The position numbers were made by a program, and so were the translations under genes. A stretch of DNA of 47,080 bases from a virus (taxonomy: Duplodnaviria; Caudoviricetes): IMG/VR virus record IMGVR_UViG_3300020325_000026, positions 1-47,080 of that record; one strand, 5' to 3'. This document shows, one piece after another, positions 17,970 to 25,518 of this stretch. How positions within the stretch are numbered: position 1 is the first letter of the stretch; every line of letters starts with the position of its first letter. Under the pieces are notes generated by a model that was not told the DNA's origin, did no database searches, and saw nothing but the letters and a program-made list of their open reading frames with translations.

Positions 17970-20345
17970 TCAGAGACCCATAATATATTCTTTGAACTCA
18001 CCAAAGCTACTAGCGTTAGATAGTAGTTCCTTCAGTTTTCCGATAGTGATCACAGGATCAGAACCCCATGACAACTCACCACCATAGAATGATAATGCCT
18101 TTCCACTCTCTGTATGAATAGATCCATCATTGACATACAAGTCTCTAATTTTGTATGAAGCATTACCAATGTCATAGGTATCATTAGCAGCAGGAAGTAG
18201 GTGTCCAGCAGCAGTAATTCTCCAACGAAGTCCTACATTTCCACCAAGATCAGTAGAGAATTCAATGGCATTATCATTAGTAGTAGTCAATCCTGTTGTT
18301 GAGATTAGATTACCACCATTAGATAGGTTTGTTGGTGATAGTGGTGGTGATGCATCAACCCACTGGAAACTATCAGTGTCATTATAGTAGATCTTCAGGC
18401 GACCTTTGTCAGATTCCCACCAAAGATCACCAAATGATGGTGAGCCTGGCGCAGTATCTGAGATGGTTACATTAGCACCACCACTGCCACCAGTGGCTTG
18501 TTGCCAAGTAGCATTTCCTGCACCATCACTGGTAAGAACATAACCAGCAGTTCCGTTATTGTTTGGGAACTGTAGCGTACCAACTTTCAAACCATTGGTT
18601 TCTAGTACACCATTGACTTCAACACCCTGTGCTGTGGTTTCAAGTTTTCTATTATCTTGATAGAACAACCATGCTTGACCATCTCCAGTGAATTGTGCAG
18701 TAGTTCCTGCTCCATTACCACCACTTGAGAATCTGATGTTACCAACAAATCCACCACCAGCATTACACTGGAACTCCAAGTCATTGCTGCCAGTAGTTTC
18801 AATTCTAAATGCCAATGAACGAGGTTCAAAACTAGCAATAGTAGTTCCTTGATACTGGAAATCAAGAGCAGAGGTTTCAGTTGCCTGACCGAGTGTAATT
18901 TTATTGGTTGTACTTGCACCCCTACCAGTTACACTAGCAAGAGTGTCTGTTTCTGCCTGAATATATCCTGCTGCACCATGATCACCCCATCCATATGCAG
19001 TGTTCCAATTTGTTTTGTCAGTTGTTGTTGCAATCAGGTAACCCATACTAGCATGATTACCCCATGCATATGCCTGATTCCAGTTGTTAATGTTCTGCTG
19101 GATAATATTCGATGCTACGTGTGCATTGAATACAGGATCAGTTTCACTGGTAAGGTATCCTGCTTGTGCATGATCACCCCAACCAAATGCTGTGTCATAA
19201 TTACTGAGATCTGGTGGAGTATATGAGAATACACCGTTAGCAGGGTTATATGTAAGTGCATTAGTTCCTGCTGTTAGTGTAGCAACAGAGAAGTCTGCTA
19301 GTGATAGTCCAGCACCAGATCCTTGGAGGTCATTAGCAGCTTCCCACTTGCTATTTGCAGCAACCCACTTAAGAACTTGACCATCCTGAGGTGCAATACT
19401 GAGATCAACATCAGCAAGATCATTTACTGTTAGATCAGTAGTTCCAGAGACATAAAGATCTCCTACCTGTACACCACTACCAGTAACACTCAGTTTAGTT
19501 GAGTCATTATACTGTAAGTATACGCCGCCAGGATCACCATCTCTACCAGCATTTACGAATAGTGATGACGTTGATTCAACGTAGAAATTATCTGTAGTAT
19601 TTACGTGAGAAATATATGACTTACTAGTGTTATTGTCGTGCCTAATAGTAAGGTCATTTAACGTACCAGTGGTGAAGTTAAGTGATCTGATACCACCGTT
19701 AGCAATGATTTGCTGAGTTGTAGTATTACCTCTAGTCGTTACTTGCTGAAGAGTATCAGTGGTAGATGTGAGGTATCCTGCTTGTGCGTGATCACCCCAT
19801 CCATATGCAGTGTTCCACTGACCAGCATTTGCAACAGCACTACTGACATCTCCAGTTGTTGCATACCCAGCAGCAGCATGATTACCCCATGCATATGCAG
19901 TATCCCAGTTACCAGAGTTTGCTACTGCATTGTTGAGAGCAGTTGTCGTAGCAAAAGAAGTAAGATCTGGTGGAGTGAAATCAAACTGACCGTTTGCTTG
20001 GTTGTAAGTTAAGTTTCCACTACCACTTCCGTTACCCACAACAACAGATGGTTGTGGTGGAATGATAGGTTTGTTTAAGATTGATGCAATACCACCAACA
20101 GCGTTCCAATCTGATCTAACCTGAGCAGCAGGGATGACTGGAAGATTACTAAGACTATTGTAGTCTCTATCAAATGCATCTACCCACTCGATAGAGTTAC
20201 CAGTAGAGGCGAGCAGTTGTCCATTAGAACCAGAAGTTCCTGCTGCTTGTAGTGGTTTACCAGCGGGGATGTTTACACCCTCTTTTACCTCAACAGGTGA
20301 ATTGTCACCATAATTGGCAATTTGGTTTGCAAGAATTTTTGACAT
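17970..20345 (-). CDS. Tail fibre-like protein with five W/Y-x-x-A-Y/F-x-W-G-N/D-H repeats
   Basis: 791 aa; repeats such as NWNTAYGWGDHGAAGY; TLxxVTxRG motifs; GDLWWES..G.LKIYY module. Confidence 0.75.
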   Translation of the reverse strand: MSKILANQIANYGDNSPVEVKEGVNIPAGKPLQAAGTSGSNGQLLASTGNSIEWVDAFDRDYNSLSNLPVIPAAQVRSDWNAVGGIASILNKPIIPPQPSVVVGNGSGSGNLTYNQANGQFDFTPPDLTSFATTTALNNAVANSGNWDTAYAWGNHAAAGYATTGDVSSAVANAGQWNTAYGWGDHAQAGYLTSTTDTLQQVTTRGNTTTQQIIANGGIRSLNFTTGTLNDLTIRHDNNTSKSYISHVNTTDNFYVESTSSLFVNAGRDGDPGGVYLQYNDSTKLSVTGSGVQVGDLYVSGTTDLTVNDLADVDLSIAPQDGQVLKWVAANSKWEAANDLQGSGAGLSLADFSVATLTAGTNALTYNPANGVFSYTPPDLSNYDTAFGWGDHAQAGYLTSETDPVFNAHVASNIIQQNINNWNQAYAWGNHASMGYLIATTTDKTNWNTAYGWGDHGAAGYIQAETDTLASVTGRGASTTNKITLGQATETSALDFQYQGTTIASFEPRSLAFRIETTGSNDLEFQCNAGGGFVGNIRFSSGGNGAGTTAQFTGDGQAWLFYQDNRKLETTAQGVEVNGVLETNGLKVGTLQFPNNNGTAGYVLTSDGAGNATWQQATGGSGGANVTISDTAPGSPSFGDLWWESDKGRLKIYYNDTDSFQWVDASPPLSPTNLSNGGNLISTTGLTTTNDNAIEFSTDLGGNVGLRWRITAAGHLLPAANDTYDIGNASYKIRDLYVNDGSIHTESGKALSFYGGELSWGSDPVITIGKLKELLSNASSFGEFKEYIMGL
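18979..19817. repeat. Intragenic direct repeat, 29 bp exact (18979-19007 and 19789-19817)
   Basis: tgatcaccccatccatatgcagtgttcca occurs at both positions; a second repeat gcatgattaccccatgcatatgc occurs at 19051 and 19876. Confidence 0.85.
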
Positions 20346-20389
20346 ACTTCTAGTCCTGAAGACATTATTTCTAAGCTAGAAGTATTTAT
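20344..20389 (-). promoter_or_regulatory. Late promoter plus 10-bp inverted repeat covering the start codon
   Basis: atacttctag (20344-20353) / ctagaagtat (20376-20385); ATAAATA at 20383-20389. Confidence 0.65.
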
Positions 20390-20406
20390 TAAATACGATT
20401 AGACAT

Positions 20407-20432
20407 AAAAAAAGGGGGTGGTCAAACCCCCT
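20407..20432 (-). terminator. Rho-independent terminator
   Basis: AGGGGG-tttgacca-CCCCCT hairpin followed by a T-run on the minus strand. Confidence 0.8.
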
Positions 20433-20632
20433 AGGCACATGCACGCCACTTGTTTTATTATTTAAGTTGCTAAACAAGAAAACAACCACACGGAAGGGGT
20501 CATTTGGATCCACCACTTGCTTTTTAACTAGAAGCAAGAAACTAGGCGGGAGAGAGATCCCATCCGCACCACTTGTTCTTATGGAAAAACAAGAAACCCG
20601 AGGGGTCGTTGAACCCATCCCGACCAGAGCAA
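20433..20632 (-). ncRNA. Structured ncRNA with three tandem pseudoknot-like units; resembles the cyanophage manA RNA motif
   Basis: Three units TTTCTTG...CAAGTGG at 20567-20600, 20511-20546 and 20444-20487 with co-varying stems; the manA assignment is from memory and unverified. Confidence 0.65.
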
Positions 20633-20635
20633 GTT

Positions 20636-21280
20636 TTAAGTCTTTTCGGGACTAGTATAAGTCAAACCCATCTTACTTCCAAAGGAACCTGTCGGAAAGG
20701 TATTAAAAGAAAGACTGTATCTATCGATACCAGTATTCATCGGAACACAATGGGGAATATAACTAGGAAACAACACTAACACTCTCGGTTGTGAGGGATA
20801 CTCATACGATGAGTTAGTATATTCATTAAACGGTTGCTTATTATCTTTTTTGAATTCTAAGTGGAACGCATCGTTTCTGGTATTTAAGAATTTAATTGGC
20901 GCTACAGTTTTGCCACTGGATTGCAGAAAAAATACTCCACTTAGAACGCTGTTAGGGTGATAGTGATAGTGGTGTTCTTGTCCTATTTGGTTTCTGTTTA
21001 CCCAAGACTGTGTGACATGGAGTTTCTGATCTGTAATGAAGATTTTATCAGCGTACTCTTTAACACAGTCTTCGATAAACTCATTGAGATTACGAAGAAT
21101 ATTATTTTTGAGAACAAATGTGTCTACTGACTTACTATTGTCTTGACACTTTCTAGTGTTAGTTCTAAATTGTAATCCCTTTATATAGTTGACGACAGCA
21201 TCAAAATCATCGTGTGGGTAGTATGCTGTCATCAACGGTGGGACCGAGAACATCACACTAAAGTTGTTCTCGTATTTCAA
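20636..21280 (-). CDS. 2OG-Fe(II) oxygenase-like protein (TIGR02466-like)
   Basis: SWVN...HYHPNSVLSGVFFL...LVLFPSYIPHCV...RYSLSFN pattern. Confidence 0.8.
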   Translation of the reverse strand: MKYENNFSVMFSVPPLMTAYYPHDDFDAVVNYIKGLQFRTNTRKCQDNSKSVDTFVLKNNILRNLNEFIEDCVKEYADKIFITDQKLHVTQSWVNRNQIGQEHHYHYHPNSVLSGVFFLQSSGKTVAPIKFLNTRNDAFHLEFKKDNKQPFNEYTNSSYEYPSQPRVLVLFPSYIPHCVPMNTGIDRYSLSFNTFPTGSFGSKMGLTYTSPEKT

Positions 21281-21567
21281 GACAGATCTAGATCGATGTT
21301 ACTATAGTCAGATGATGCAGCAGTAGGGAAACTGATAACATCAGGAGAACCAGTGGCAATATTAACATTACCAAGTTTGTTGATGTCCAAGTAATCAGAA
21401 CTGAGTTCAAAATTATATTTCTTGGACTGGCGTGAAGACAGACGCTTCACAGACTTAAGTAGATCAAATAGATCTGACAGATTACCGTCGTTTTTTTCGT
21501 TGAGACTAACGACTAGTGCCTGACGAAGAGATTCTTCGGCACTTTCAAGATGTGATTGAATTGACAT
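21277..21567 (-). CDS. Hypothetical protein
   Basis: Likely start MSIQSHLESAEESLRQAL at 21567; helical N-terminus; tightly packed with neighbours. Confidence 0.65.
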   Translation of the reverse strand: MSIQSHLESAEESLRQALVVSLNEKNDGNLSDLFDLLKSVKRLSSRQSKKYNFELSSDYLDINKLGNVNIATGSPDVISFPTAASSDYSNIDLDLS

Positions 21568-21817
21568 GGTTGTTTTTTGCAGAATCGAATTTGCGGTAAG
21601 CACCGACTTCAGGGTCAGGGTCCAACCACTTAGTGTACTCAGGGTCCTCAAGACAGATGTCTAGTTGCATCTGGTTATCGAGGAAGTACATATCAAAGTA
21701 CCGCTTTTTCCACTCGTGGTACTTTTGAATACGATAGTCTGGCATACCGTTGATGTCAAGGGTGCCACACTGTACGTATCTGTACGGGAATCTTTCAAAG
21801 ATTAGAGTTGGTTTCAT
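21545..21817 (-). CDS. Cyanophage hypothetical protein
   Basis: Likely start MKPTLIFERFPYRYV at 21817, 21 nt downstream of a sigma70-type promoter. Confidence 0.75.
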   Translation of the reverse strand: MKPTLIFERFPYRYVQCGTLDINGMPDYRIQKYHEWKKRYFDMYFLDNQMQLDICLEDPEYTKWLDPDPEVGAYRKFDSAKNNHVNSITS

Positions 21818-22151
21818 GGGTTGTGTCTGACCTGTCAATTGTAGCATGGTCTCTGTGCTTTGGCAACTGGCGAGAGCACCAGAATGCCATGGCAATCAGA
21901 GCAAAATAGAAGATCGTGTCATCGATCATCACTAAGAAGAATATAACACTTCCACCATACTTCAACCAGTCTGGAATGGACAGTTTCCCAATTGCACTAC
22001 GGATAGGCAACTCGAAAATAAAATAGAGAGGTGCTGTTAATGTAACAACAAACTCACTGTACGGCACCACAAAGTACAGTGAGAGAATAATAAAGATAGG
22101 AAAGTAATGTCTTTCTGGAATCTTAGCAAGTAACTTAAGAACCTTCTTCAT
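21795..22151 (-). CDS. Hydrophobic multi-TM hypothetical protein with internal duplication
   Basis: 118 aa; KIPERHY..IFIILSL versus SIPDWLK..SVIFFLV. Confidence 0.65.
   Translation of the reverse strand: MKKVLKLLAKIPERHYFPIFIILSLYFVVPYSEFVVTLTAPLYFIFELPIRSAIGKLSIPDWLKYGGSVIFFLVMIDDTIFYFALIAMAFWCSRQLPKHRDHATIDRSDTTHETNSNL
21838..21866 (-). promoter_or_regulatory. Sigma70-type early promoter TTGCCA-17-TACAAT with extended -10 (TG)
   Basis: -35 at 21861-21866, -10 at 21838-21843, 17-nt spacer. Confidence 0.65.
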
Positions 22152-22341
22152 GATTAGAATACATTTCAGTTAAGTCATCAACTTCAGCAACAGCAGTAGC
22201 TGCTGCTTCATACTCACCAGCAGGGACAGCAACTACTGCCCTCCCATCTGGTTGTCTAATAATAAATGTTTCACCTGCTTCGATACGATCCATGTAATTA
22301 TCGAAGTCTTTCTCGAAATCAGCAAACGCAACTTCAATCAT
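22135..22341 (-). CDS. Phd/YefM antitoxin-like protein
   Basis: MIEVAFADFEKDFDNYMDRIEAGETFIIRQPDGRAVVAVP matches the Phd/YefM beta-alpha-alpha-beta-beta pattern; acidic C-tail. Confidence 0.6.
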   Translation of the reverse strand: MIEVAFADFEKDFDNYMDRIEAGETFIIRQPDGRAVVAVPAGEYEAAATAVAEVDDLTEMYSNHEEGS

Positions 22342-22583
22342 GGCACACAGCAAATTTTGTTCTCTTGTAAATATTTGATCGCTTCCTTACAACCACCCAA
22401 TTTCTTGTCATTTAATACAATCTGTGGGAAAGTTGTACCTTCACCAAACTCAGCAATAAACTGTTCTCTGGTGAAGTTTTTATCTAGTTCATAAACGACA
22501 TGTTTTAAGTCTTCATATTCAGCAATTGCGATAAATTTTTCGCAATGGGGACATCCCCTCTTAGAATATACAGTAAATGTCAT
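22338..22583 (-). CDS. Glutaredoxin (NrdC-like)
   Basis: CPHC active site, TFPQI cis-Pro motif, LGG. Confidence 0.9.
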   Translation of the reverse strand: MTFTVYSKRGCPHCEKFIAIAEYEDLKHVVYELDKNFTREQFIAEFGEGTTFPQIVLNDKKLGGCKEAIKYLQENKICCVP

Positions 22584-23236
22584 TGACTAGGCATCTCCTT
22601 AAAATCGTTGTTGAAAATTTCCAACCCCTCACGGGTCAGCACACTATTATACATCTTATCGAACGTGCTTGGAGGCAGTGTTACAATGTCAGCACCGTAA
22701 AGAAGGCACCTAGAGACGTGGTGAGCATCACGCAGTGACGCTGCAAGAACCTTAGTCGCTACACCATGCTGTCGATAGAGTCCTGAGATAGCACGAACCA
22801 GTTCAACACCACTCATTGAGTTGTCATTCATACGACCAACAAAAGGAGAGATGTAAGTTGCACCAGACAGACCTGCCATGACTGCTTGAGCAGCAGAGAA
22901 GCATAGTGTTACGTTAGTTGGAACACCATTGTCTGCACAGTGAGTAACAAACTTAAGACCTTCCACAGTGCATGGCACTTTCAGTGTGACTGAAGGATGA
23001 CCGATGCAAGCAAATTCCCCCATGTCACGCATGAAGTCTTCTTTTGTTTGTCCATTTAGTTCTAGTGACAGAGATTCAATCTCTGGGAACTCTTCAATAA
23101 TTGCGATAGCAAGATCTCTGTAATTGCCACCTACTTTACGAACGAGAGTTGGGTTAGTAGTTACACCAGTAATAATACCAGTGTCCCAACGCTTTCTGAT
23201 CTCGTTAATGTCTGCTGTATCTAGAAAAATTTGCAT
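22580..23236 (-). CDS. talC: Transaldolase (TalC/FSA family)
   Basis: MQIFLDTAD, GVTTNPTL, LKVP (Schiff-base Lys), NVTLCFS, YISPFVGR, LAASLR; true start at 23236. Confidence 0.95.
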   Translation of the reverse strand: MQIFLDTADINEIRKRWDTGIITGVTTNPTLVRKVGGNYRDLAIAIIEEFPEIESLSLELNGQTKEDFMRDMGEFACIGHPSVTLKVPCTVEGLKFVTHCADNGVPTNVTLCFSAAQAVMAGLSGATYISPFVGRMNDNSMSGVELVRAISGLYRQHGVATKVLAASLRDAHHVSRCLLYGADIVTLPPSTFDKMYNSVLTREGLEIFNNDFKEMPSQ

Positions 23237-23267
23237 GATTAATTGTTGGAGTATTATATAGTCCAAG

Positions 23268-23341
23268 TCGGGGCGACAGGATTTGAACCTGCGACATCTC
23301 GCTCCCAAAGCGAGTGCTCTACCAAACTGAGCTACGCCCCG
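23268..23341 (-). tRNA. tRNA-Pro(TGG)
   Basis: Cloverleaf CGGGGCG...CGCCCCG-A; anticodon arm CTCGC-TTTGGGA-GCGAG; GGTTCAAATCC T-arm; no encoded CCA. Confidence 0.95.
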
Positions 23342-23346
23342 ACGAA

Positions 23347-23432
23347 CGGAAAGGGTGGGATTTGAACCCACGGAAGCTGTTAACTTCGCTGGTTTTCAAG
23401 ACCAGTGCCATAAACCACTCGACCACCTTTCC
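23347..23432 (-). tRNA. tRNA-Ser(TGA)
   Basis: GGAAAGG...CCTTTCC-G; CTGGT-CTTGAAA-ACCAG; long variable arm. Confidence 0.95.
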
Positions 23433-23625
23433 TTGATTCCATGTAAAGGAATTGACCTTCTGTATTATAAAACAACTTGTGTTCGTTTGTCAAGACGTAG
23501 TAACCGTCTATCACTAGACCATCGTCTGTCCACCCATACGCTACGACTTTCTCGCATGCACCGTTAATAGTAAAACATTTGTCAGTGTGTAGATAACTTT
23601 CGTAGCGAGCATCCAGATTAATCAT
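23380..23625 (-). CDS. Hypothetical protein whose 3' end runs into tRNA-Ser
   Basis: 81 aa; GAGGAGAGG SD and TAATG coupling to the upstream gene. Confidence 0.7.
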   Translation of the reverse strand: MINLDARYESYLHTDKCFTINGACEKVVAYGWTDDGLVIDGYYVLTNEHKLFYNTEGQFLYMESRKGGRVVYGTGLENQRS

Positions 23626-23873
23626 TACCTCTCCTCAAAATCAAGTTTACGGACACGTCTTTTCTTACGTGCCTCTTGGTATTTTAGGTCATCTTGTGTT
23701 AGAATTCCGTTATATTTAATCTTCTTATTATAATTCATTAGAACGACTTGACCAATATCAATCGCTCCTACATGATCATCAAGAACTCTCATTTGATTAG
23801 GGCAACCACAGAACTGAATTTTACTAGTGCTTCTTAGTTGGGTGCCACACTGTGTGCATTTTGCCGTTAACAT
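23625..23873 (-). CDS. Small Zn-finger-like protein
   Basis: CTQC...CGC; basic C-terminus RKKRRVRKLDFEER. Confidence 0.75.
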   Translation of the reverse strand: MLTAKCTQCGTQLRSTSKIQFCGCPNQMRVLDDHVGAIDIGQVVLMNYNKKIKYNGILTQDDLKYQEARKKRRVRKLDFEER

Positions 23874-23901
23874 TGTACAGCATTTAACCTCGTATGGGTG
23901 A

Positions 23902-23973
23902 TGGGAGATACAAGGATCGAACTTGTGACCTTTTCCGTGTAAAGGAACTGCTCTACCGCTGAGCTAATCTCCC
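23902..23973 (-). tRNA. tRNA-Val(TAC)
   Basis: GGGAGAT...ATCTCCC-A; TTCC-TTTACAC-GGAA; GTTCGATC T-loop. Confidence 0.92.
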
Positions 23974-23975
23974 AA

Positions 23976-24058
23976 TGTCGGCAAGAGGACTTGAACCTCC
24001 ACGCCATAAAGACAATAGAACCTAAATCTATCGCGTCTACCAATTCCGCCATGCCGAC
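23976..24058 (-). tRNA. tRNA-Leu(TAG)
   Basis: GTCGGCA...TGCCGAC-A; ATAGA-TTTAGGT-TCTAT; long variable arm. Confidence 0.95.
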
Positions 24059-24062
24059 AAGG

Positions 24063-24135
24063 CGACTCAGGTTGGGGTCGAACCAACGACCGACTGCTTA
24101 GAAGGCAGTTGCTCTATCCACTGAGCTACTGAGTC
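24063..24135 (-). tRNA. tRNA-Arg(TCT)
   Basis: GACTCAG...CTGAGTC-G; ACTGC-CTTCTAA-GCAGT. Confidence 0.95.
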
Positions 24136-24143
24136 AAAAAAGG

Positions 24144-24497
24144 TCAGGTGAACTGACCGTAACCAGTACCAGACATCCAACCGCCTGGTCCTGAGTGAAA
24201 GTTTTCAGAACCACCGCCCAACTCTGGAAGAGGGTCGAGTTGGGTAGTGGTTTTGCCTCCTTTCGTAGCAATATTATACAGCACTTCGTGTATATTTTCA
24301 ACCTCCTTAACAGGAAGTTTATCTTCTGACTGAGGAATCAGAATGTTCTCTGATTCCAATTGTTCACGCATCTCTTTGTACTCTACTTGAGAGTCTGACA
24401 GAGGTGCGGGACCAAACCAAGGGTCATCCTTCAAATACTTAGGTGCAGGTACACCAGTATAGGGTTTGACAAGTTTTTTAATTGCTCTGAGAATCAT
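24144..24497 (-). CDS. Hypothetical protein
   Basis: Likely start MILRAIKK at 24497 (ATGA overlap with the upstream stop); DDPWFGPA motif. Confidence 0.7.
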   Translation of the reverse strand: MILRAIKKLVKPYTGVPAPKYLKDDPWFGPAPLSDSQVEYKEMREQLESENILIPQSEDKLPVKEVENIHEVLYNIATKGGKTTTQLDPLPELGGGSENFHSGPGGWMSGTGYGQFT

Positions 24498-25075
24498 GAC
24501 CAAATCATTTTCTTGACATAATCGTAGGAATAGATCTCTCTATTTCCCTTGATACCCCATCCTAACCAATAAAAGGCAGGAACCATGTACTGACGGACAG
24601 TTTGTCCACTGCCCTCAAACATAGGTAGATAGCGTTGGAATGTGCTCTCGTTAATCATGTAACGAGTCTGACCTTCCAAACTGCTGGGGTCACAATCATA
24701 TTTATTACAAAATTTTCCGAGGTTATTATAACGATTAATAGAAGTCCACTGGATCAAACCATAACCACCAGTGTGACAGTTTTCATATGTCACCCTAGCA
24801 CCACCCTCACAGATGTTAGCAGTGAACCTGCTCTCCTGTTGGATGTTGCCCATGATAGTGGCAAGAGCATTTCTGTCAGTAATACGAGTGTTCTCTTGAA
24901 GTTCTTCAAGAACATACTGTTCTTCTGGTGTGCAGTCAGGGCACTTCCAAGATGCTTCGTATGGGATTACGGGGAGTGGTTGGATTTCGGGTGCTTCTAC
25001 CTTCTCAGGAGCAGGAACTGGGTTCCAGAACCCTAAGGTAAGGGCGGCTGAAGCAAGCAAAGTCTTAGTGATCAA
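24494..25075 (-). CDS. Lysozyme-fold peptidoglycan hydrolase (phage tail lysozyme-like) with signal peptide
   Basis: ATIMGNIQQESRF and GYGLIQWT motifs; likely TTG start at 25075 after AGGA SD; N-terminus TKTLLASAALTLG. Confidence 0.75.
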   Translation of the reverse strand: MITKTLLASAALTLGFWNPVPAPEKVEAPEIQPLPVIPYEASWKCPDCTPEEQYVLEELQENTRITDRNALATIMGNIQQESRFTANICEGGARVTYENCHTGGYGLIQWTSINRYNNLGKFCNKYDCDPSSLEGQTRYMINESTFQRYLPMFEGSGQTVRQYMVPAFYWLGWGIKGNREIYSYDYVKKMIWS

Positions 25076-25496
25076 AGTAATCTTTCCTGTAATAGCGTCC
25101 GAGGATGTTTGAATTATAGTACGCAGGCGTCCCATTGTCAAGTGCCTCTGTCAGAACGTCGTGAAGAAAGAGCTGTCGCGTTTCTTCATAGTTGACCCTT
25201 CCAGGTGTCCTGTGCAAGCTGAGGATTTCTCGCTTGAAGGATTCTTTTCCGAAGACTTTGATGTCGTCTTTGAGTTCTGGACACGATCCGTAATACCGCT
25301 TCCAGTCAGATTCTGAAGTGACTCTGCGCTTACCCCCCCTAGGCTTCCTTTTTTGCCAAAAATACTTTCTTCCAATGTAGCGTCGTTGGTTGACGAGATT
25401 GGTAATTTCATAAACAAAACCCCAGTTGTCCCGAATAAGGCTCCCATCAAACACGGTGCCCATATACTCCCAAGGGTTTGGGTAAATTTCTTCCAC
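25065..25496 (-). CDS. Stand-alone GIY-YIG endonuclease (endonuclease II/Seg-like)
   Basis: GFVY...RYIGRK, YYGS, NYEE, YN motifs; GTG start. Confidence 0.85.
   Translation of the reverse strand: MEEIYPNPWEYMGTVFDGSLIRDNWGFVYEITNLVNQRRYIGRKYFWQKRKPRGGKRRVTSESDWKRYYGSCPELKDDIKVFGKESFKREILSLHRTPGRVNYEETRQLFLHDVLTEALDNGTPAYYNSNILGRYYRKDYFDH
25113..25141 (-). promoter_or_regulatory. Perfect sigma70 consensus promoter TTGACA-17-TATAAT
   Basis: -35 at 25136-25141, -10 at 25113-25118; lies inside the GIY-YIG gene. Confidence 0.85.
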
Positions 25497-25518
25497 ACTT
25501 TCATAATATTACTTCCAA

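Noticed and set aside
17970-20345. Diversity-generating retroelement template/variable repeats
   Set aside because: Repeats are short, in-frame protein repeats without adenine-specific mismatches, and no reverse transcriptase is present in the window
20376-20655. Short ORFs on both strands across the structured RNA; also considered as a mini-CRISPR array
   Set aside because: No convincing SD or protein features; repeats are degenerate with co-varying stems, only three units and no cas genes, so a structured RNA explains them better
23237-23371. N-terminal extension of the talC ORF in the track
   Set aside because: It overlaps tRNA-Pro and tRNA-Ser; the TalC family start MQIFLDTAD is at 23236
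23867-24052. 61-aa minus ORF, and similarly 23355-23567 on the plus strand
   Set aside because: Chance translations of tRNA genes
25065-25496. GIY-YIG gene as a mobile homing endonuclease
   Set aside because: Catalytic domain only, no recognisable C-terminal DNA-binding repeats and no intron context
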